Of a DNA stretch of 64,000 nucleotides, positions 21,425-32,947 are shown piece by piece; the stretch's first letter is position 1; each line of letters opens with the position of its first letter. The DNA comes from Paracoccaceae bacterium (GTDB lineage Bacteria; Pseudomonadota; Alphaproteobacteria; Rhodobacterales; Rhodobacteraceae), in contig JACVZW010000071.1 in the NCBI GenBank assembly GCA_014654775.1, positions 58,465 to 122,464 on the forward strand. The letters are read 5' to 3'. The notes below the pieces were generated by a model. The model ran no database searches. It saw only the letters and a program-made list of their open reading frames with translations, and had not been told where the DNA came from. Position numbers and translations under genes: made by a program.

Positions 21425-22207
21425 CTAGATCCCCGCCGCCTTCAGCCCCTCGCGCGCCGCCGCGTCCAGCGCCGTCATCGGCACGATGGTCGTATGGATG
21501 GAAAAGACCACCGCCTGCGTCTGCGGCAGGCGCAGCACCACCTGTCGCTCTGACCGCAGATAGATCCGCTCCACGGGCCGGGGCCGCCGCTCCGTCTCCA
21601 GCCGGGGCTGATGCAGCGTCGGGTCGTCATAGATGAGCGCGTTATACCGCTCCATTGGCGCACCGACCCGCACCATGTCGAACAGCCGCTGCACCCGCCG
21701 CGCCAGTTCCGCATCGTAATGCGCGACTGGGGCATGGATGCCCGTCATCGGCCGCCCAATCTTCTGCGCAAGGGTCCAGCTTGCCGGAAAGCAAAGGATC
21801 GCGCCCATCAGCACGCTTTCCTCGCCCTGCTTGACCATCAGGCAAAGATCCTCCTGCACCAGCCGCCCCAGCGTGATCAGGGGAAAGGCCCGGTCCACCG
21901 GCACCACCACCCCGTCGGGCCGCGTCACCGTGGCCGCCCCGACAACATACCCGTCGCGCCCCGCCAGCAGCGCCAGCGCCATGTCAAGGAGTTCCGCCGC
22001 CGCCGCCCGCCCCTCGGGCAGCATCGCATGCACCAGCGGGGCCCGCGTCGCGATCAGCCAGTCCCGCTCCGCCATTTGCCCGGCATAGGCCTCATCCCGC
22101 CGCAGCCAATCCTCTGCCCCGCAGGGCCGCATCCCTGGCAGGCGGGCGGTGGCCGGGTCCATCCACGGCACATGGGGCAGTCTGTCCTGAAGCACGGGCG
22201 CACGCAT
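21425..22207 (-). CDS. DUF3445 / heme-dependent oxidative N-demethylase alpha-subunit-like protein
   Basis: 260 aa. W...D..Y...M..R..L near the N-terminus, CFPASW, and a C-terminal ERQVVLRLPQTQAVVFSIHT resembling DUF3445 proteins. Confidence 0.6.
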   Translation of the reverse strand: MRAPVLQDRLPHVPWMDPATARLPGMRPCGAEDWLRRDEAYAGQMAERDWLIATRAPLVHAMLPEGRAAAAELLDMALALLAGRDGYVVGAATVTRPDGVVVPVDRAFPLITLGRLVQEDLCLMVKQGEESVLMGAILCFPASWTLAQKIGRPMTGIHAPVAHYDAELARRVQRLFDMVRVGAPMERYNALIYDDPTLHQPRLETERRPRPVERIYLRSERQVVLRLPQTQAVVFSIHTTIVPMTALDAAAREGLKAAGI

Positions 22208-22336
22208 CCCCCTTGCCTATCCCCCGCGCGAAACCACTGCAAGCCGGTCTGAAACCGACGCGGCCCCGTCGCGCCCCGGCAACCGCCCCCGCCCGCCCCG
22301 CGCCACCATCGCCCCATCCATGGGAGAGGATCGCAG

Positions 22337-23680
22337 ATGACCGTCCAGTACCACGCCGACCGCCGCAAGATCGACCCGACTCGCGGCCCGCATCTCGGCG
22401 ATGGCAGCCCCAATGACAATGACCGGGTCGAAATCGGCCCCACCCAGCTTGCCTTCAAGGAATGGGAGGCGGCAGGCCTCACCCCGCCCGACCTGTCCAC
22501 CATGCGCCACTACCGCTGGGATCGTCTGGTCAAGGCGCTTCATGCCCGCGATTACGGCGGCCTTCTGATGTTCGATCCGCTGAACATCCGCTACGCCACC
22601 GACACGACCAACATGCAGTTGTGGAACACCCACAACCCCTTCCGCGCCTGCCTGCTCTGCGCCGATGGGCATATGGTGATGTGGGAATACAAGAACTCCC
22701 CCTTCCTCGTGACCTTCAACCCGCTGGTCAAGGAACTCCGCTCGGGTGCCACCTTCTTCTACAACTCCACCGGCGACCGGGGCGAAGCCGCCGCAAAGGC
22801 CTTCGCCGCACAGGTGGATGAGGTGATGCGCGAACATGCAGGAACCAACCGCCGCCTCGCGGTGGACAAGATCATGGTCCACGGCCTGCGCGCTCTCGAA
22901 GGCATTGGCTTCGAGGTGATGGAAGGCGAAGAGGTGACCGAACGCACCCGCGCCATCAAGGGCCCCGACGACATGCTGGCGATGCGCTGCGCCGCCCATG
23001 CCTGTGAAAGCGCGGTCGCGGCGATGGAAGCCTTCACCCGCGAGAACGTCCCCAAGGGCAATGTCTCAGAAGACGACATCTGGGCGGTCCTGCATGCAGA
23101 GAACATCCGCCGCGGCGGCGAATGGATCGAAACCCGCCTCCTCGCCTCCGGCCCCCGCACCAATCCATGGTTTCAGGAATGCGGGCCAAGGATCGTGCAG
23201 AACAACGAAATCGTCGCCTTCGACACCGACCTGATCGGTGCCTACGGTTTCTGCATCGACATTTCCCGCACGTGGTGGGTGGGCGACGAACGGCCCAGCA
23301 ACGCGATGATCTCGGCTTACGCCCATGCGCTCGACCATATCCGCGACCATCAAGCGCGGCTGAAACCGGGCGTGTCGATCCGCGAACTGACCTTCGGCGG
23401 CCATCAGCTTGATGACCAGTATTGGAAGGGAAAATACTCCTGCAAGATGCACGGGGTCGGGCTCTGCGATGAATGGCCCTATGTCACCTACCCTGACGGC
23501 TGGATGGAAGGCGCCTTCGACGCCGTTCTTGAACCAGGGATGACGATCTGCGTCGAGGCACTGGTCAGTCCCGAAGGGGGCAACTTCTCGATCAAGCTAG
23601 AAGATCAGGTGCTTATCACCGAAACCGGATGTGAAAACTTAACACGCTATCCGTTCGACAAGGCGCTGATGGGGGCCTAA
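22337..23680 (+). CDS. dddP: DMSP lyase DddP (M24 metallopeptidase fold)
   Basis: 447 aa with RRKIDPTRGPHLGDGSPNDNDRVEIGPTQLAF near the N-terminus. Metal-ligand contexts FDTDLIGAYGFCIDISR, KMHGVG, EPGMTICVE and KLEDQVLITE match what I recall of DddP. Confidence 0.7.
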   Translation: MTVQYHADRRKIDPTRGPHLGDGSPNDNDRVEIGPTQLAFKEWEAAGLTPPDLSTMRHYRWDRLVKALHARDYGGLLMFDPLNIRYATDTTNMQLWNTHNPFRACLLCADGHMVMWEYKNSPFLVTFNPLVKELRSGATFFYNSTGDRGEAAAKAFAAQVDEVMREHAGTNRRLAVDKIMVHGLRALEGIGFEVMEGEEVTERTRAIKGPDDMLAMRCAAHACESAVAAMEAFTRENVPKGNVSEDDIWAVLHAENIRRGGEWIETRLLASGPRTNPWFQECGPRIVQNNEIVAFDTDLIGAYGFCIDISRTWWVGDERPSNAMISAYAHALDHIRDHQARLKPGVSIRELTFGGHQLDDQYWKGKYSCKMHGVGLCDEWPYVTYPDGWMEGAFDAVLEPGMTICVEALVSPEGGNFSIKLEDQVLITETGCENLTRYPFDKALMGA

Positions 23681-23705
23681 GGCGCGGGGTTCACCCCGCC
23701 CCCCC

Positions 23706-24035
23706 TCACCGGTCGCGATAGACCCCCACCGTCTCGCTGCCGTCATCGGACAGGAACCGCAACCGCGCTCCGTCCCGCTCCAGATCATAGCAGGCCCAGC
23801 GGTCCGAGGGCGGCCAGACCGAACAATAGCGCTCCCCTTCCACCCGCCACTGCCCCCAACTGTCCGCGCCATAAAGCGTCCGCCCATCCGCGCGGAAATC
23901 CTGCACCGTGCCGTCCGCATAGACCAAAGCCCGCCCCTCCAGCGCCGCCCGCACGCCCGCGCCGTCCAGCCGCTCCCATCCCTCCGCCGCCGCCGCCATC
24001 GGCCACAGCGCCACCAGCACCCCGATCCAGCGCAT
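23706..24035 (-). CDS. Small exported hypothetical protein
   Basis: Signal-peptide-like MRWIGVLVALWPMAAAAEG, then about 90 aa with two Cys (RYCSVWPPSDRWACY). Start at ATG 24035. Confidence 0.5.
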   Translation of the reverse strand: MRWIGVLVALWPMAAAAEGWERLDGAGVRAALEGRALVYADGTVQDFRADGRTLYGADSWGQWRVEGERYCSVWPPSDRWACYDLERDGARLRFLSDDGSETVGVYRDR

Positions 24036-24123
24036 GCCACCCTCCCCGATGCTTGCCACCCGTCCCGTCCCGGCATAAGGGGGGCGCGACTTCACCGCAT
24101 CCTAGCACAAAGGCCGCGCCGCG

Positions 24124-25428
24124 ATGATCCCCCGCTATTCCCGCCCCGACATGGTCGCCCTCTGGGACCCCCAGACCCGCTTCCGCATCTGGTTCGAGAT
24201 CGAGGCCCACGCCTGCGACGCGCAGGCCGCGCTCGGCGTCATCCCCAAGGCCAATGCCGATGCCGTCTGGAAAGCCAAGGATGTCACCTTCGACGTGGCC
24301 CGGATCGACGAGATCGAGGCGGTGACCAAGCACGATGTGATCGCCTTCCTCACCCACCTCGCCGAAATCATCGGCAATGACGAAGCGCGCTTCGTTCATC
24401 AGGGCATGACCTCATCGGATGTTCTCGACACCACGCTGAACATCCAACTCGCCCGCGCCGCAGACCTCCTCCTCACAGGCCTCGACCGTGTCCTCGCCGC
24501 CCTCAAGACCCGCGCATACGAACACAAGGACACCGTCCGTATCGGCCGCAGCCACGGCATCCATGCCGAACCCACGACAATGGGCCTGACCTTCGCGCGC
24601 TTCTACGCGGAAATGGCCCGCAACCGCGCCCGCCTTGTGAATGCCCGGGCAGAGATTGCCACGGGTGCCATCTCCGGCGCCGTCGGCACCTTCGCCAATA
24701 TCGACCCTGCGGTCGAAGAACATGTCTGCAAGATGATGGGCCTCACCCCCGAACCCATCTCCACCCAAGTCATCCCCCGCGACCGCCACGCCATGTTCTT
24801 CGCCACGCTGGGCGTCATCGCCTCCAGCATCGAAAACATCGCCATCGAGATCCGCCACATGCAGCGCACAGAGGTGCTGGAGGCTGAGGAGTTTTTCTCC
24901 CCCGGCCAAAAGGGCAGCTCCGCCATGCCGCACAAGCGGAACCCGGTGCTGACCGAAAACCTCACGGGCCTCGCTCGCCTCGTGCGCATGTCCGTCACGC
25001 CCGCGCTGGAAAACGTGGCCCTCTGGCACGAACGCGACATCTCGCATTCCTCCGTTGAACGCGCCATCGGCCCGGACACGACCATCACCCTCGACTTCGC
25101 GCTCCATCGCCTTGCGGGCGTAATAGAGAAGCTGGTCATCTACCCGGAGAACATGCTGAAGAACCTCAACAAGTTCAAAGGCCTGATCATGTCCCAGCGC
25201 GTCCTCCTCGCCCTGACGCAAGCGGGCGTCAGCCGCGAAGACAGCTACCGTCTGGTCCAGCGCAACGCGATGAAGGTCTGGGAACAGGGCGCCGACTTCA
25301 AGACCGAACTCTTGGCCGACCCCGAGGTGACCGCCGCCCTCTCTCCCGCCGAGATCGAAGAGAAGTTCGATCTCGGCTATCACACCAAACATGTGGACAC
25401 GATCTTTGCCCGCGTTTTCGGCACCTGA
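24124..25428 (+). CDS. purB: Adenylosuccinate lyase
   Basis: MIPRYSRPDM start and the fumarate-lyase signature GSSAMPHKRNP. Confidence 0.96.
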   Translation: MIPRYSRPDMVALWDPQTRFRIWFEIEAHACDAQAALGVIPKANADAVWKAKDVTFDVARIDEIEAVTKHDVIAFLTHLAEIIGNDEARFVHQGMTSSDVLDTTLNIQLARAADLLLTGLDRVLAALKTRAYEHKDTVRIGRSHGIHAEPTTMGLTFARFYAEMARNRARLVNARAEIATGAISGAVGTFANIDPAVEEHVCKMMGLTPEPISTQVIPRDRHAMFFATLGVIASSIENIAIEIRHMQRTEVLEAEEFFSPGQKGSSAMPHKRNPVLTENLTGLARLVRMSVTPALENVALWHERDISHSSVERAIGPDTTITLDFALHRLAGVIEKLVIYPENMLKNLNKFKGLIMSQRVLLALTQAGVSREDSYRLVQRNAMKVWEQGADFKTELLADPEVTAALSPAEIEEKFDLGYHTKHVDTIFARVFGT

Positions 25429-25588
25429 TCCCGCGATCACGCAAGCGTGAGGCAGCCCCCTGCCGCGCAAGAAAATTTCGCCCTTGCCCGGCGCGATTCT
25501 GTGCTAGCCTCAAAGACACGCACCGGATGCGGATTTTCCGACCGCCGGTCGCCCTGCCCAAAGCCATATGCGAAAGAAAGGACGACCC

Positions 25589-25759
25589 ATGAAGATCAAG
25601 ACCACGTTCATTGCACTGACGCTGTCTCTTGCCCCGACGCTCGCGTTGGCAGGCCCGGGCTGCGATTACGAAAAGACCAAGATTTCGGCCTCCTCTTGCG
25701 TCGAAGGCACGGTCTATGACGCCGCCTCGGGCACCTGCGTGCCGCAGACCACCTCGTAA
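25589..25759 (+). CDS. Small secreted Cys-containing protein
   Basis: MKIKTTFIALTLSLAPTLALAG signal peptide plus about 34 aa with three Cys. AAAGGA lies 7 nt upstream of ATG 25589. Confidence 0.45.
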   Translation: MKIKTTFIALTLSLAPTLALAGPGCDYEKTKISASSCVEGTVYDAASGTCVPQTTS

Positions 25760-25847
25760 CCTACAACCCCGGTTGATCCGCTGCTGCTAAGCCCGGATTA
25801 ACCCGCCCCCTCTACCCTTCCCGGCAGACCAACCGGGAAGGGACATC

Positions 25848-26951
25848 ATGCAGGACGAAAGCCCTGTCTCTCACGCGCTTCTGACCACTGGCCCGGGCTT
25901 CGCGCCCCCCGCCAATGCGGGCTTTGCCCCGCGGCTCGTCCCCCGGCCCACGACCCCGCTGGAAAAGGTGGCGATCATCGTCCGCCTTCTGCTGGCCGAA
26001 GGCATCTCCCTCCCCCTCGCCGACCTGCCCGAACAACACCAGACCCGCCTCGCCGAACAGATGGCGCGCATGGGGCTGGTCGACCGCGCCACCCTGACCG
26101 CCACGATTGAGGAATTCTGCGCCGCGCTGGAAGCGACCGGTCTCACCTTCCCCGACGGGCTGGTCGGCGCGCTCGCCCTTGTCGACAGCCACATCTCCCC
26201 CGACGTCGCCAGCCGTCTGCGCCGCATGGCCGCCGGCCAGACCCGCGCCGATCCTTGGGACCGCATCGCAGCACTCCCGCCCGAAGACCTGCTTCCCCTT
26301 CTGGCGGAAGAAGCGCCCGAAACCGCCGCCGTCGCCCTCTCGCGCCTGCCTGTCCCGCGCGCCGCCGATCTGCTATCCCGCATGCCGGGCGATCGCGCCC
26401 GCCGCGTCGCGCTCGCCATGTCACGGACCGCCGCCACCGCACCCGAAACGCTGCGCCGCATCGGCCAATCCCTTGTGGCCCAACTCGATGCCCGCCCGCC
26501 CCGCGCCTTCCAGAACGGCCCCGTCGCCCGCATGGGCGCGATCCTCAACGTCTCGTCCACCACCACGCGCGAAGACGTGCTCGCGGGCCTTGACGAGGCC
26601 GACGCCACCTTCGCCGAACAGGTGCGCAAGGCGATTTTCACCTTCGCCCATATCCCCGCCCGCATCGCCCCGCGCGACCTGCCCCGCATCCTGCGCGCCA
26701 CGGACCCGGCCCAGATCACCACGGCCTTCGCCGCCGCCACCGCCGACCCCGCCCTCGCCCCGGTGGTGGAGGACATCCTCGCCGCCCTCTCGCCCCGCAT
26801 GGTGCAGCAGATGCGCGACGACATGGCCGCCCGCGGCAAGGTCACCGCAAAGGATGCCGACGCCGCCTATACCGCCCTCATCACCGCGATCCGCCAACTC
26901 GAAGCCGCAGGCGAACTCACCCTGAAACAAGACGAGGAGGGCGAGAGCTGA
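25848..26951 (+). CDS. FliG-like protein (orphan, outside any flagellar cluster in this window)
   Basis: 367 aa. The middle and C-terminal regions resemble FliG (EKVAIIVRLL.., ..LLPLLAEE.PETAAVALSRLP...AADLLSRMP..RA.RV, ...ILAALSPRMVQQMRDDM...A..A...I...IRQLE..GEL). Confidence 0.6.
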   Translation: MQDESPVSHALLTTGPGFAPPANAGFAPRLVPRPTTPLEKVAIIVRLLLAEGISLPLADLPEQHQTRLAEQMARMGLVDRATLTATIEEFCAALEATGLTFPDGLVGALALVDSHISPDVASRLRRMAAGQTRADPWDRIAALPPEDLLPLLAEEAPETAAVALSRLPVPRAADLLSRMPGDRARRVALAMSRTAATAPETLRRIGQSLVAQLDARPPRAFQNGPVARMGAILNVSSTTTREDVLAGLDEADATFAEQVRKAIFTFAHIPARIAPRDLPRILRATDPAQITTAFAAATADPALAPVVEDILAALSPRMVQQMRDDMAARGKVTAKDADAAYTALITAIRQLEAAGELTLKQDEEGES

Positions 26952-27097
26952 CCGCCGCCGCGCTCGGTCATCTGCTGTCGAACAGCAACCACAGGGTCTG
27001 AACCGCCCGGGCGCGGACCTACCATCGCCCCCGCCCCCGACGCGCGGCCCGCAGCCTCCACTGCCCGCAGGCCCCCTGCCCAACCTCCCGAAAACCC

Positions 27098-27262
27098 CAC
27101 CCCCCTTCATCTTCTGTCTTAAAATATCCTCAGGGGGTGAATTGGCCGCAGGCCAAGAGGGGGCGGAACGCCCCCTGAACCGGAGCCGGACGCGCGGCAC
27201 GCGCGGGAGGCGACAGAAAAGGCTTGCGTCGGGGGCCTGCCCCCGGCGCTCCGCCGGATCAC
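27098..27262 (+). repeat. Intergenic repeat family A, long form, copy A3
   Basis: CATCTTCTGTCTTAAAATATCCTCAGGGGGTGAATTGGC...GAGGGGGCGGAACGCCCCCTGAAC...GCGCGGCACGCGCG...GGCTTGCG. About 90% identical by eye to A4 over ~150 bp. Confidence 0.8.
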
Positions 27263-27327
27263 CGTCCCCACCCGCTTGCACCTTCCCCCGCCCGCGCCTA
27301 GGGTCCCGCCCGATCAAGGGACCCATC

Positions 27328-28203
27328 ATGCAGACCCCGACCGAAGCCTCCACCCGCACCGGCATTCTTCTGATGCTGGGCTCTCTCGTGCTCTTCACGG
27401 CGATGGATGCGCTGGCCAAGGGGCTTGTGCAGACCTATCCCACCGCGCAGGTTGTCTGGGCGCGCTTCGCAGGCCAGCTTTTCCTCGTCATCCTCATCCT
27501 CAACATCCGTCTCGGCCCCGCGCTGCGCACCCGCCACCCCAAGCTGCACGCGCTGCGGTCCCTGACGCAGCTTGGCGCGACCGGCTTCTTCTTCGCCTCA
27601 CTCAGCCATATCGGTCTGGCCGAGGCGACGGCGCTTGCCGACATAAACCCCGTCCTCATCACGCTGGGCGCCGCCCTTTTCCTTGGCGAAAAGCTCGGCC
27701 CCCGCCGCATCGCGGGCGTGCTGGCCGCCATGATCGGCGCGATGATCATCATCCGCCCCGGCGCGGATGTCTTCACCCCCGCCGCGCTTCTGCCGCTGGC
27801 CTGCGCTGTCTCCTACGCCGCCTCCGCCCTTCTCACCCGCAAGGTCGGCATGACGGAAAGCCCGTGGACGGCCATGTTCTACGGCGCGCTGCTGGGCACC
27901 ATCGTCACCTCCGCCCTTATGCCCGCCGTCTGGCAACCGATCGCGGCCAAAGACCTCTGGCTCTTCGCCACCGTCGGCTGCCTCGGCACCGCTGCCCAAA
28001 TCTGCCTGATCCGCGCCTTCTCGCTGGCCGAGGCCGGGGCCATCGCCCCTTTCGGCTATGTGGGCATCATCCTCGCCACCGGCTGGGGGATCGTCCTGTA
28101 CGACGAATGGCCCGACGCCATCACCCTACTGGGCGCGGCGATCATCGTGGTCGCGGGCCTCTATGTCTGGCACCGCGAAACACAGGCGCGCCGCAAGGGC
28201 TAG
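27328..28203 (+). CDS. DMT-superfamily (EamA-like) permease
   Basis: 291 aa, about 10 TM helices. Start at ATG 27328 (MQTPTEASTRTGILLMLGSLVLFTAMDALAK). Confidence 0.8.
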   Translation: MQTPTEASTRTGILLMLGSLVLFTAMDALAKGLVQTYPTAQVVWARFAGQLFLVILILNIRLGPALRTRHPKLHALRSLTQLGATGFFFASLSHIGLAEATALADINPVLITLGAALFLGEKLGPRRIAGVLAAMIGAMIIIRPGADVFTPAALLPLACAVSYAASALLTRKVGMTESPWTAMFYGALLGTIVTSALMPAVWQPIAAKDLWLFATVGCLGTAAQICLIRAFSLAEAGAIAPFGYVGIILATGWGIVLYDEWPDAITLLGAAIIVVAGLYVWHRETQARRKG

Positions 28204-28206
28204 GGC

Positions 28207-28935
28207 TCACTCCACCCGCGCCGCCGCCAGCACCGCTGCAGGCCCCACCTCTTGCAGGATCACCACCACCGGATCGGCCCCCGGCGCGGGCACCACCATC
28301 TCCAGCGGCGTCAACCCCGGCCAATCCGCCAGCTTCGTCCATTCCGTCACGATGTTGTGGTAAGTCACCGTCTTCCCGGCATTTTCGCCGCGCGCGATCT
28401 CGACCACAGCCTCGGGCATATAGCGCACCAGCTGCACCTCCACGCCTTCGGTCAGCGGCGGCTCCGCCACGGCCCGGATCACCAGCTGATCCCCGTCCCG
28501 CCCCAGCGTCAGCCGCACCGGCCGCTCCACCGCCAGATGTTTGCCGATCAGCTTGACCACCGCATCCGGCGTATGGCCCTCCACCCGATCCAAGCCACCC
28601 ACGATCATCTGCGGGGTATAGATCATCCGGCTCTTCACCGCGCGGGCATAGCTTTTCTGCCGTTCGGTAAAGGCCGCTTGGGCGAAACTGTCCTCCCAAC
28701 CGATATAGTCCCAGTAATCCACATGCAGGGCGAGGGCGATTACCTCTTCATGCGCGGCAAGCTCTGCCAGAAACTCGTCCGCTGGCGGACAAGAGGCGCA
28801 GCCCTGGCTGGTGTAAAGCTCCACCACCACCGGCTGGCGAACCTCGGCACCGCCTGCCCCGCCCTGATCTTGGGCAAAGGCCGGCGCAGCCAGCGCAAGG
28901 GTCGCGCCACACAGGGCGCTGACGAAATGTCGCAT
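28207..28935 (-). CDS. DUF1223 thioredoxin-fold exported protein
   Basis: Signal peptide MRHFVSALCGATLALAAPAFA, then VVELYTSQGCASCPPAD...HVDYWDYIGW. Start at ATG 28935. Confidence 0.7.
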   Translation of the reverse strand: MRHFVSALCGATLALAAPAFAQDQGGAGGAEVRQPVVVELYTSQGCASCPPADEFLAELAAHEEVIALALHVDYWDYIGWEDSFAQAAFTERQKSYARAVKSRMIYTPQMIVGGLDRVEGHTPDAVVKLIGKHLAVERPVRLTLGRDGDQLVIRAVAEPPLTEGVEVQLVRYMPEAVVEIARGENAGKTVTYHNIVTEWTKLADWPGLTPLEMVVPAPGADPVVVILQEVGPAAVLAAARVE

Positions 28936-29218
28936 AGGTTCCTTCCCGGTCGTCCCCAGTCCCATCCCTGTTACAAAAAGCCCGCCTGCCCCGCCAATCA
29001 AGGTTTTGCGAGGGTACGACACATCCTTTTCACCCTCCTGCGTGTCGCCCCTGCCGCAGCCCCAAACGCAGGCTGTCGAAAATCGGGGCTGGATTTTCGG
29101 CATACAATTGCATACAACACCGCAGACACCCTTGCATCGCAAGATTCCTTGATGCATCGGACCCGCACCGCCACCCGTTCCGGCCCCCCGGACGACAGCC
29201 ATTTCGCAGGAGGCATCC

Positions 29219-31906
<2,688 letters not shown>

Positions 31907-31929
31907 TCCCGGCCCTTCGGAGGTCATTC

Positions 31930-31968
31930 GCAACACCCCGCGCAATGCCGCGGGGTGTTCGCATTTCC
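31930..31968 (+). terminator. Terminator-like hairpin after acnA
   Basis: AACACCCCGCG-caatgc-CGCGGGGTGTT followed by CGCATTTCC, a weak T-tract. Confidence 0.5.
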
Positions 31969-32167
31969 GCCCAAATCCTGCCCGAATCCCGATGCATCAC
32001 CACATCACGCAACAGACGTGAGCCCGCGCAACCGGGCGCGCCGTCCACGCGTGTTGGTGGAAACCCATTGTTTCCACATCCCTGGGCTGATTCCCGGGTC
32101 ATTTCTGGTACAACGATCCCGTCGCGTATGAGTGTTTCCCTCCATCCGCTCCGGGTTCCGCCAGATG

Positions 32168-32268
32168 TCAGTCGCCGATCTCCCTCCTCCTCCCGAACGG
32201 CCGCTGATGCGCACCGGCGCAATCCTCCCTTGGGGCGAGGTCGTCATGGCCCTCGCCTTCCTTCTTGT
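32168..32268 (+). ncRNA. Candidate CcsR/cuckoo-like small RNA (core: motif hairpin plus terminator)
   Basis: Hairpin TCAGTCGCCG / CGGCCGCTGA (10 bp, one mismatch) with the 20-nt loop AUCUCCCUCCUCCUCCCGAA. A single-stranded CCUCCC follows, then GGCGAGG-N10-CCTCGCC plus TTCCTTCTTGT. It lies in a ~490-bp region with no credible CDS. Confidence 0.35.
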
Positions 32269-32349
32269 AATCTGCTCGCGTGTGTGACGGCACCACCTTC
32301 GGTTCCTTTGGGCGCTTGCCCACCCGGCCATTCCCGGCCGGTCTTTGCT

Positions 32350-32376
32350 AAAGGGGGGGCGCACTGCCCCCCCTTC
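32350..32376. terminator. GC-rich hairpin between the sRNA candidate and the ccmG 3' end
   Basis: AAGGGGGGGC-gcact-GCCCCCCCTT, with T-rich runs on both sides; 26 nt beyond the ccmG stop. Confidence 0.55.
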
Positions 32377-32401
32377 TTCTTTCCAGCAAAGTTCTGAACC
32401 G

Positions 32402-32947
32402 TCAGCTGCCCGCCGCCTCGGCCAGCGCAGCCTGCAGCGCGGGCACGAAGCGCGCCTCGTAATCCGTCCCAACCAGCGGCCCGATAAAGCGGAACGCCAC
32501 CGTCCCGTCCCCGCGCAGGATAAAGGTCTCCGGCGGCGCAGTCACACCCCATTCCACCCGGTCCCGCCCGCTGGGATCGAAGCCAAGCGCGAAGAAGGGA
32601 TTGCCCTCCTCCTGCAAATAGGCGGTCGCATCCTCGGCCTTGTCGCGCATGTTGATGCCCGCCACCCGGATGCCCTGCTCGGCCATTTCCAACAGCACGG
32701 GATGTTCCGCCCTGCAGGGCGGGCACCAGCTCGCCCAGAAATTCACCACCGTCACCTGCCCCGTCCGCAGATCGGCATCCGTCAGCAGCGGAAAGCCCGG
32801 CAAGGCCTCCGCCGGAACCGCCGGCGCCTGCCGGTCCAGAAAGACCGAGGTCAGGTCATCCGGGCTTTCCCGCTGCATTCCCGCATAGAACAACCCCGCC
32901 AGCCCCAGAAACAGCGCCGGCGGCAGCACCATCAGCCATCTAGCCAT
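32402..32947 (-). CDS. ccmG: Thiol:disulfide interchange protein CcmG/DsbE (HelX)
   Basis: TM anchor then VNFWASWCPPCRAEHP. Start at ATG 32947, overlapping the ccmD end. Confidence 0.9.
   Translation of the reverse strand: MARWLMVLPPALFLGLAGLFYAGMQRESPDDLTSVFLDRQAPAVPAEALPGFPLLTDADLRTGQVTVVNFWASWCPPCRAEHPVLLEMAEQGIRVAGINMRDKAEDATAYLQEEGNPFFALGFDPSGRDRVEWGVTAPPETFILRGDGTVAFRFIGPLVGTDYEARFVPALQAALAEAAGS

Noticed and set aside
32246-32287. 13-codon mini-ORF MALAFLLVICSRV with GAGG 5 nt upstream.
   Set aside because: The ATG lies in the loop of the putative sRNA terminator hairpin. It is too short to evaluate and there is no supporting conservation, so I noted it only as a possibility.
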